Part shown: one piece after another, positions 54,876-64,000 of the stretch
How positions within the stretch are numbered: position 1 is the stretch's first letter
Layout: the number at the start of each line of letters is the position of its first letter
Assembly (NCBI GenBank): GCA_963674865.2
Contig: CAXXYE010000009.1
Span: 512,001-576,000 of the forward strand
Reading direction: 5' to 3'
Length of the DNA stretch: 64,000 nt
Source of the DNA: Candidatus Hydrogenedentota bacterium
Lineage (GTDB): Bacteria; Hydrogenedentota; Hydrogenedentia; Hydrogenedentales; SLHB01
Notes under the pieces: model-generated
Databases searched by the model: none
Told to the model about the DNA's origin: nothing
Seen by the model: only the letters and a program-made list of their open reading frames with translations
Program-made: the position numbers and the translations under genes

Positions 54876-56009
54876 GTGAGTTTTCTTGCCGAATTGGACG
54901 CTTGGCCGCGGGAGCGGGTCGAGGACCTCATCCATCGTGCCACACTTGACGATGTGGATCGCGCCATCGCTCGCGAAGAGCGCACCGTCGAGGATCTAGC
55001 GGCCCTTTTGTCCCCCTGCGTGGCGGAGCGGCTCGAGACTGTCGCCGGGGAGGCCCAGCGGCTTACCCGGTGGCATTTCGGGCGGACTATCGGCCTTTAC
55101 GCGCCCATCTACATCTCGAACATCTGCGAGGCCAACTGCCTCTATTGCGGCTATGCTACCGGCTCAGGAAACAAGGAGAAGCGCGTGACGCTTACGCCGG
55201 AGCAGATTCGCCGCGAATGCGAGGCATTGGCCGCATATGGCTTCCAGAACGTCCTGCTACTTACGGGGGAGGCGCCAACCGTGGCTACGATGGAGTACAT
55301 CGGGGAGGGCGTGGCCATTGCCCGCGAGCACTTCCCCGCCGTATCCATCGAGATGTACGCCATGACGTACGAGCAATACGCCTACCTCTGCCGGCGGGGC
55401 CTCGAAGGCGTGACCCTCTACATCGAGACGTACGACCGCCCTACCTATGCCCGTGTGCACCAGGGCGGCGTCAAGAAGGACTTTCTGCACAGGCTTGACG
55501 CCATCGAGCGTGCAGGCCGGGCGGGCGCGCGTCGACTGAGCATCGGCGCCCTTCTGGGCCTCTCGGACTGGCGTGTCGAGGGCTTCCGGCTCGGGCTGCA
55601 TGCCCGCTACCTGCAGAAGCAATGCTGGCAGAGCGCCGTCGCCCTATCGTTTCCGCGTCTGAGAAATGTGCCGACGCGGTTTGCGATCCCGCGCCTCCTG
55701 AGCGACCGCGAGCTTGTCCAGCTCATGCTCGCACTGCGACTCTTTCTTCCTGAAGCGGGCTTCAATCTGTCCACGCGCGAGCCCGCCGAATTGCGCGATC
55801 ATCTAATCCCGCTGGGCGTGACGATGATGAGCGCCGGGTCGTCGACCCGTCCGGGGGGCTACGCCGCACACGCGCGTGAGACGCTCGAACAATTCGCCAT
55901 CGAGGATACGCGGCCGCCCGAGGCCGTCGTCCAGGCTATCAGGAGCACGGGATACGACCCCGTGTGGAAAGACTTCGACTGGGCCTACGACGCCGTGGAA
56001 AACGAATGA
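54876..56009 (+). CDS. thiH: 2-iminoacetate synthase (radical SAM tyrosine lyase)
   Basis: YAPIYISNICEANCLYCG, ETY, SFPRLR, LSTRE, SAGSSTRPGGY, PVWKD; 377 aa. Confidence 0.92.
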   Translation: MSFLAELDAWPRERVEDLIHRATLDDVDRAIAREERTVEDLAALLSPCVAERLETVAGEAQRLTRWHFGRTIGLYAPIYISNICEANCLYCGYATGSGNKEKRVTLTPEQIRRECEALAAYGFQNVLLLTGEAPTVATMEYIGEGVAIAREHFPAVSIEMYAMTYEQYAYLCRRGLEGVTLYIETYDRPTYARVHQGGVKKDFLHRLDAIERAGRAGARRLSIGALLGLSDWRVEGFRLGLHARYLQKQCWQSAVALSFPRLRNVPTRFAIPRLLSDRELVQLMLALRLFLPEAGFNLSTREPAELRDHLIPLGVTMMSAGSSTRPGGYAAHARETLEQFAIEDTRPPEAVVQAIRSTGYDPVWKDFDWAYDAVENE

Positions 56010-56042
56010 CGCGGGCCGCGCGGCCAACCTTGGGAGTGCTGC

Positions 56043-56243
56043 ATGACCATCACGGTGAATGATCAAGCGCGAGATGTCCCCGAGGGGACGTCCGTCGCGG
56101 ATCTGCTCGCTTCGCTCGGGCTCAAGCCCCAGGCTATGGTGGTCCAATGCAATGGCGACATCCTCGAGCGCGAGCGGTATGGCGCCACGGTGTTGCACGA
56201 GAATGACGCGCTGGAACTGGTGCGCTTCGTAGGGGGTGGATAA
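56043..56243 (+). CDS. thiS: Sulfur carrier protein ThiS
   Basis: 66 aa ubiquitin-like protein ending FVGGG. Confidence 0.93.
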   Translation: MTITVNDQARDVPEGTSVADLLASLGLKPQAMVVQCNGDILERERYGATVLHENDALELVRFVGGG

Positions 56244-56887
56244 TGACTCACGGTGAGCGCATGGCGCGATTCGAGAAGACGGATTTGTACGTGGTGATCA
56301 CCGAGGCATTCTGCGCGGGCCGGCCCGCCCTCGAGATCCTGGACGCGGCCCTCGCCGCGGGCGTGGGCATCGTGCAATTTCGGGAGAAGGACCTCGACAC
56401 CGGCGAGCTATGCGAGCGGGGCCTGGCGTTTCGGCAACGAACCGCCGATGCGGGTGCGCTTCTCATCGTGGACGACCGCCTCGACGTGGCCCTCGCTATC
56501 GGCGCCGACGGCGTCCATCTCGGCCAGGAGGATCTGCCCTTCGAGGCAGCCAGACGCGTCGCCCCCGGCCTGATCGTCGGCGCGTCGACTCATAATCCCG
56601 AGGAGGCTTGTGCCGCACAGGCGGCCGGCGCCAGCTACGTCAACATCGGGCCGGTGTTTCCCACGGGCACGAAGGCCCTGGGCATAGGCAGCGTAGGCAC
56701 GGGCATGATCGAACGCGTCACGCCCGAACTCGCAATACCTTTCACGGTGATGGGGGGAATTACTCTTGAGAACGTGGGCCAGGTGGTCGAACGCGGTGCA
56801 CGGCACGTCGCCGTCGTCACCGCCGTCACCGCCGCCGAAGATCCCCAGTCCGCCGCCGCCGCCCTACGGCAAGCCATTCGCGGCTGA
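56243..56887 (+). CDS. thiE: Thiamine phosphate synthase
   Basis: QFREK, DDRLD, GVHLGQED, GASTH, GPVFPTGTK, GGI. Confidence 0.94.
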   Translation: MTHGERMARFEKTDLYVVITEAFCAGRPALEILDAALAAGVGIVQFREKDLDTGELCERGLAFRQRTADAGALLIVDDRLDVALAIGADGVHLGQEDLPFEAARRVAPGLIVGASTHNPEEACAAQAAGASYVNIGPVFPTGTKALGIGSVGTGMIERVTPELAIPFTVMGGITLENVGQVVERGARHVAVVTAVTAAEDPQSAAAALRQAIRG

Positions 56888-56900
56888 CGCAGCGTTCCCG

Positions 56901-58406
56901 CTACACGGCCGCCATCGCTTCGCCCGTCGCCAGGCGCATGATCGCCTCTTGCGATGCCTCAGAGCGGGACAGTTCGCCCGCCAACCGGCCCTCGTGCATG
57001 ACGAGAATCCGATCGCACATGCCCAGCACCTCCGGCAATTCGCTCGATATCATCAGGATGCACACCCCCCGGGCGACTAGTTCATTCATGAGTCTGTAGA
57101 TCTCGACCTTTGCGCCCACGTCGATGCCACGCGTCGGCTCGTCGAAGATCAGTATGCGCGACTCCGTAAAAAGCCACTTGGCGAGCACGACTTTCTGCTG
57201 GTTGCCGCCGCTCAGGTTCTGCACAACCTGCTCGATGGAGGGCGTCTTGATACGAAGCTCCTCGACAAACTGCCGCGCGGCCTGTTGCTCGCGCCGACGC
57301 GCTACAAAAGGCCCACAAACCACGGATTTCAGATTCGCCAGTGTCGTGTTCTCGCGCACCGTCATATTCAGGACAAGTCCTTGGGCTTTCCGATCCTCGG
57401 TGAGCAGCCCGATACCGCGGCGGATCGCATCTTGCGGAGAGCGAATCACGACAGGCGAGCCGTCAAGCAGGACCCGCCCCCCATCCAACCTGTCCGCGCC
57501 GAAAATCGCCCGGGCAACCTCCGTCCGACCCGCGCCCACCAGGCCGGTAAGGCCGACGATCTCGCCCCGGTGCAGACTGAAAGACACGTCCTCGAAGGCG
57601 CCATGTCGCGCCAAACCTTCGACGCGCAGGCCCTCCTCGCCCCGGGCACATGCCACTTTCGGGAACTCATCCTTCAGCGTGCGGCCCACCATCATTCTGA
57701 TGATGTCCTCCCGCGTTACCTCGCTTACCGCCTTCGTCGCTACGAACTCGCCATCCCGCATAACCGTCACGCGATCGCCCACCTCGAAGATCTCGTCCAA
57801 GCGGTGCGAGATATAGATCAGGCCAATAGCCTCCTTTTTCAGATTCCGCATCAATTCAAACAGCGCCGCCAGTTCGTGCTCCGTCAGGGTCGCGGAGGGC
57901 TCATCCATGATGATGACTCGCGCATGAAACGAAAGGGCCTTGGCGATTTCGACCATCTGCTGCTGCGCGACGCTGCACTCGTTGACGGGCTTGCGCACGT
58001 CCATGCTCACGCCGATGCGCGCGAGAATATCGCGCGCGTCCTGGTAGAGTCTGCTCCAATTGACGAACGGCGTCGATCCGACGCGCGGCTCTCGGCCCAA
58101 GAAGATGTTCTCCGCCACACTTAGATAGGGGCTTAGATTGAACTCCTGGTAGATCATGCTGATGCCCAGTTGCTGCGCATGGTGGGGCGAATGAATTTGC
58201 ACGGGAACGCCCGAGAGGCGGATTGTTCCCTCGTCAAGAGTCTCAGCTCCCGCCAGGATCTTCATCAGCGTGGACTTCCCTGCGCCGTTTTCCCCCACGA
58301 GGCAATGGACCTCGCCGGGCCGCAGATCGAGCCGCGCCTTGTCGACGGCGAGCACGCCGGGAAAGCGCTTCGTGATGTCCGTCATTTCCAACAGCAAATC
58401 GCTCAC
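56901..58406 (-). CDS. Sugar ABC transporter ATP-binding protein, duplicated ATPase (RbsA/MglA-like)
   Basis: GENGAGKST, MDEPS, LSGGNQQK, DEPTRGIDVGAK. Confidence 0.93.
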   Translation of the reverse strand: MSDLLLEMTDITKRFPGVLAVDKARLDLRPGEVHCLVGENGAGKSTLMKILAGAETLDEGTIRLSGVPVQIHSPHHAQQLGISMIYQEFNLSPYLSVAENIFLGREPRVGSTPFVNWSRLYQDARDILARIGVSMDVRKPVNECSVAQQQMVEIAKALSFHARVIIMDEPSATLTEHELAALFELMRNLKKEAIGLIYISHRLDEIFEVGDRVTVMRDGEFVATKAVSEVTREDIIRMMVGRTLKDEFPKVACARGEEGLRVEGLARHGAFEDVSFSLHRGEIVGLTGLVGAGRTEVARAIFGADRLDGGRVLLDGSPVVIRSPQDAIRRGIGLLTEDRKAQGLVLNMTVRENTTLANLKSVVCGPFVARRREQQAARQFVEELRIKTPSIEQVVQNLSGGNQQKVVLAKWLFTESRILIFDEPTRGIDVGAKVEIYRLMNELVARGVCILMISSELPEVLGMCDRILVMHEGRLAGELSRSEASQEAIMRLATGEAMAAV

Positions 58407-58615
58407 GAATCACCTTCTCCCAACTGAAGCATCTCCACTTGTCACGGCCATGCTTGCGCGTACCTACTCTACTGTCCCGCCCGGCGCCCTGGCAAGCTTG
58501 AGGCCTATGGGGCTTGCGCGCTCGAGACGGTTCCCGCTAGGATGGTGGCGCAGTCGAGGCCCGCGCCCGGAGGGAGGAAGTCAAGCCGGGCGCCCCAAGA
58601 GAGGTCGAATCCTTC

Positions 58616-60667
58616 ATGGTGCGCGTGAAATGCCCAAAGTGCGGACACGTCAACGACGAAGGCGCCGAGAAGTGCGTCCGCTGTGGGACGCCGCTGCTTA
58701 AGGTCCGCCTCGACATAAAACGGCCCGCCCCGCAGCCCAGGCCCGCATCCGCGCCGCAGATGCGCTTTCACAAGGATCAGGAAATTGCCGGAAGGTATAC
58801 CGTCATCGGCTTAATCGGCCGCGGTGGAATGGGCTCCATCTACAAAGTCCACGATAACACGCTTAACGAAACCGTCGCGCTCAAGACGCTGCTCCCACAT
58901 TTCATGCGCGATAAGGTCATCGTCGAGCGATTCTTCAACGAAGCGCGAATCGCCCGGCAGCTATCCCATCCCAACATCGTCCGTGTCCACGACATCGGCA
59001 CGGCCGGCGACGTCATCTACATCTCCATGGAGTATGTTGCGGGGCAATCGCTCCGGGGCAAGCTGGAGGCCATGCCGGCCGGCAAACGCCTGCCCGTCAA
59101 GACCGCCTTGCGCGTCATTGATGAGCTCTGCGCCGCCCTGGAATACGCCCACCACTACACCGTTCACCGCGATATCAAGCCCGAGAACATCATGCTCACT
59201 GAAGACGGCGCGGTGAAGCTCATGGATTTCGGCATCTCCAAGCTCATGGCCAGCGGCACCGTCACAGCCACTTCCATGATCATGGGCACACCGTATTACA
59301 TGTCGCCCGAGCAGCTTCGCGACAGCAGCCGCGTCGATGCGCGTGCCGATATCTACAGCGTGGGCGTCGTGCTATATGAGATCGTTACCGGCAGCCTCCC
59401 CACCGGCGTGCCCAAACCGGCTTCTCAGATCATGCACGAGGTCCCCCCAGCCCTTGACGCCATCGTCGCCAAGTGCGTGGATCCCGAGCCTGATGAACGG
59501 TACCAATCCGCGGGCGACCTGCGCGCCGCCCTGAGGCCCATACGAGAAATTGTAGACGTCCACGGCTCCGCGGCCCTTCCTGCCAGAAGGAGGGAGCGCC
59601 CCGCATCCACATCCGGGCGCCGCCTGTCGGGCGTGGTTTTGGTTCTTCTGACATTGCTTCTCGCCGGATTAGGACTCTGGGGACTCGAAAACCAACGTAA
59701 GCGCGCCGCCGAAGCCGTCCCCGAACCGTCGGCGCCGGCCATGAGCGCGGCGGAGCGCGAATTCGCTGATATAGCCGACATGATTGCGTGGATCGGCCCG
59801 CGTGTACGCGATGAGGCCAAGGGCAATGAGTTCATGGAGAAGGTCCTCAAGAGGGCCGATACGCTTTGGCAAACGGCGCAGGTTGCCTCCCAGCAGAACC
59901 GGCCCAAAGCGCTTGAGCAAGCGCGGCAGGCATTGCAGTGCTTTGTCGCCCCCGTCTTGTGTCCCCAGGACATGGTCTTCGTGCCTCCCGGCGACGTTCC
60001 CCTACGCGACGCGAATGGCGGCGGCTCAGTGAAGCTCGGCGGCTTCTTCATCGATCGTGTGGAGGTGAGCAATCGCCGGTTCGGGGAGTTCGCCGAGGAG
60101 CATTGGCGACTGCCTCCCAACTGGGATCCCAGCCAACCTGACGCGCCCGTCACCATGGTGACGCTTTACGATGCCCAAGCGTACGCCGCATCGCAAGGCA
60201 AGCAACTTCCCACGGAGGCCCAATGGGCACGGGCCGCTTACGGCGCTAAGGCCGCCCCTTTCCCGTGGGGAAAGGAATACGAGCCCGACAGCAGCAACGT
60301 CCGGGAGGACGAAGACGCGCGGCGCGCGGCCCCCGTCGGATCCTACGAGAAAGATCTGAGCCTCTTCGGGTGTTTCGATATGGTAGGGAATGTTTCGGAG
60401 TGGACGCGTTCAACTTTTGGGCCTTTACCTTACGCGCCCGGCGATGGACGGGAGGAGCCCGAAGCGCCTAACTTCGGAACACGTATAGCCGTTCGCGGCG
60501 GCAACTATAATGGAACACCGGAAGAAGCGTCGTTTCTCAATCGCTACTGGCGGCATTACGGCACAAAGGCGTCCGACTTGGGCTTCCGATGCGTGCGGGA
60601 ACTGCCCCGAACCGCGGAGGGCATTGAGGCCCTGCTCGCGCGCAGGGCTCCGGCAATCTCAGGTTGA
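58616..60667 (+). CDS. Zinc-ribbon Ser/Thr kinase with TM helix and FGE-sulfatase (SUMF1-like) domain
   Basis: CPKC...CVRC; GRGGMG, HRDIKPEN, DFG; LPTEAQW, DMVGNVSEW, RGG, GFRC. Confidence 0.9.
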   Translation: MVRVKCPKCGHVNDEGAEKCVRCGTPLLKVRLDIKRPAPQPRPASAPQMRFHKDQEIAGRYTVIGLIGRGGMGSIYKVHDNTLNETVALKTLLPHFMRDKVIVERFFNEARIARQLSHPNIVRVHDIGTAGDVIYISMEYVAGQSLRGKLEAMPAGKRLPVKTALRVIDELCAALEYAHHYTVHRDIKPENIMLTEDGAVKLMDFGISKLMASGTVTATSMIMGTPYYMSPEQLRDSSRVDARADIYSVGVVLYEIVTGSLPTGVPKPASQIMHEVPPALDAIVAKCVDPEPDERYQSAGDLRAALRPIREIVDVHGSAALPARRRERPASTSGRRLSGVVLVLLTLLLAGLGLWGLENQRKRAAEAVPEPSAPAMSAAEREFADIADMIAWIGPRVRDEAKGNEFMEKVLKRADTLWQTAQVASQQNRPKALEQARQALQCFVAPVLCPQDMVFVPPGDVPLRDANGGGSVKLGGFFIDRVEVSNRRFGEFAEEHWRLPPNWDPSQPDAPVTMVTLYDAQAYAASQGKQLPTEAQWARAAYGAKAAPFPWGKEYEPDSSNVREDEDARRAAPVGSYEKDLSLFGCFDMVGNVSEWTRSTFGPLPYAPGDGREEPEAPNFGTRIAVRGGNYNGTPEEASFLNRYWRHYGTKASDLGFRCVRELPRTAEGIEALLARRAPAISG

Positions 60668-60742
60668 CAGTTCCAGCGCTTTGGAATAGAATCCCTTTGA
60701 GTAGCGAAACGGCGCAACGCACTTAGGGCGGTTGAAGTTGTA

Positions 60743-61180
60743 ATGGGTTTGATAGCTTGTCCACACTGCGGAATGCGGCGGATCGTCCGAGCCAAAGTGC
60801 CCCGCGACGTGGTTGTCGTGATACCGTGTCCCGCCTGCTATGAACTTGTCATCATGTTTCGCGACAAGGTGATCGGGCTCAAGCGGAAGATACTCGAAGA
60901 AGGTACGCTCCAGGAGAAGAAGGCGCATCTTGCCGAGGTCATCGCCGAGTTTCTCGAGCCGGGCCTGTTCGGTGCAAACTTCGACCTCTCCGGCGAACGA
61001 CTTTCCTCCTATTCCCTCGAAAAGCACACCGGAGATTCCGAGAAGGGCCAAGCCGAACCGGACGACTCGGACGAATCGGAAGACACAGCCCCCATTTCCC
61101 AGAGCGAGGTGGACAAGTTTGTCCGGATTGATCTTAAGTGCATCGATGACGCCGCCTACTTCAGGAAGCACTTCGGCTAG
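60743..61180 (+). CDS. Hypothetical protein with N-terminal zinc-finger-like motif
   Basis: CPHC...CPAC followed by an acidic C-terminal region. Confidence 0.7.
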   Translation: MGLIACPHCGMRRIVRAKVPRDVVVVIPCPACYELVIMFRDKVIGLKRKILEEGTLQEKKAHLAEVIAEFLEPGLFGANFDLSGERLSSYSLEKHTGDSEKGQAEPDDSDESEDTAPISQSEVDKFVRIDLKCIDDAAYFRKHFG

Positions 61181-61386
61181 GCGTACCCACCTCGCCATTC
61201 TCCCGCACAGCGTTCGGATACTTGAGAATGGCTGTGATCACCGATTGACTTCATCGCGCTCTACATACAGAACTCTGAGACTACCTGATTCTCTGAAACC
61301 TGCTCTCCCCGCCGGCTTTTTTGAACCGGCTTTCCCGCGTGTGCTAGCATTCAAAGCGAATCTGAGCGGCCTGACACGGGGTATAC

Positions 61387-63344
<1,958 letters not shown>

Positions 63345-63348
<4 letters not shown>

Positions 63349-63998
63349 GGCTAGCGGCGACGGCGGCCTTCGCGATTCTGGCGCTCGTCGGCTGTGGCGA
63401 GAAGACGGCTGCACCGCCCCCGACCACCGATGAACCTGCCCCTGCTGAAGCCATCGCCCAAGTTCGTATGGTCGATCTGGAGGGCCGCCCGCTCGCGAAC
63501 ATCATGCCCATCGCGACCGCCGCTCCCAATGCCTTTGAGGAGCCCGTCGCCCGCGGCCCACTCACCGGCGCGGACGGCGTCGCCGCTTTCGCTATGCCCA
63601 GCCGCGACCTTCTCTATATCCGCGGGTGGGACCCGACCGGCAGGATGTTCGCCAACAACTATTTCGAGGCCCACCCTCAGCAGGGCGGGCGGACTAAGCT
63701 CATGGAAATCGTCATGGTACAGGCGGCCTCGCTTGAGCTGACGCTCGTCGATGCCGCCGAGCAGCCTCTGGCCGATACAGAGGCCCGATTGATGATGTTT
63801 CACCCCGTGGAAGGTCCGTGGTGGCCCGCACAAGCCAAAACCGACGCCAACGGCCACGTCCGCTTCGCGCCCGTTCCCCCCGGCATCTACACCACTGAAG
63901 TCAGAGCCCGCGAAGGAGGCCGGATCGAGATCCCGGACGTGTCCCTGCCGCCTGGGGGAAAGGCCGCTCTCGGCGTAGTAGCTTTGGAACGAGAATAG
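63345..63998 (+). CDS. Lipoprotein with carboxypeptidase-regulatory-like beta-sandwich domains
   Basis: Lipobox LVGC; TDANGHVRF.PVPPGIY motif; ATGA overlap with the exporter. Confidence 0.75.
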
Positions 63999-64000
63999 GC

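Noticed and set aside
54876..56009. Radical SAM gene as the hydrogenase maturase HydG
   Set aside because: Too short, lacks the C-terminal second Fe-S motif of HydG, and lies between thiG and thiS, so it is ThiH
56901..58406. ATPase partner for the permeases at 11.7-15.1 kb
   Set aside because: It is a CUT2 (RbsA-type) double ATPase, whereas the permeases are CUT1 (MalFG-type)
59945..60600. FGE/C-lectin-fold domain as a diversity-generating retroelement target
   Set aside because: No reverse transcriptase and no template-repeat copy seen in the window

Overview
GC-rich bacterial chromosome segment from an anaerobe. The gene content (fused sugar-binding-protein/permease, several UroD-like paralogues, multiple membrane Ser/Thr kinases) would fit a lineage such as Ca. 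Hydrogenedentota, but that is inference only. In order, it carries: the 3' end of rex; a trimeric NAD-linked [FeFe]-hydrogenase (hydC-B-A) followed by a sensory [FeFe]-hydrogenase/histidine-kinase fusion and two phosphorelay genes; carB; a sugar-utilisation cluster; two paralogous Ser/Thr kinases; carA; an ECF sigma/anti-sigma operon; a rhomboid plus a TatA-like/J-domain gene; an IS30 element beside an accessory membrane-protein block; PocR-AraC, an MBL hydrolase and rpoN; two UroD-family paralogues around a VapBC module; thiF-G-H-S-E; a sugar ABC ATPase; a kinase-FGE fusion; and an MsbA-like exporter. The most striking unannotated signal is in the apparently empty 1.8 kb between carA and the YkgJ gene. 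It holds a minus-strand array of three 40-50 aa peptide genes, all below the ORF-track cutoff. Each has a strong RBS, a shared basic MH(I/A)Rxx(S/T)..A N-terminus and an acidic amphipathic core. They lie behind a near-consensus sigma70 promoter, are separated by long hairpins, and are divergent from an Fe-S/YkgJ gene and a glycosyltransferase-methyltransferase fusion. Also found: an unlisted 53 aa Cys-rich ORF and a pair of inverted 66 bp palindromic repeats.
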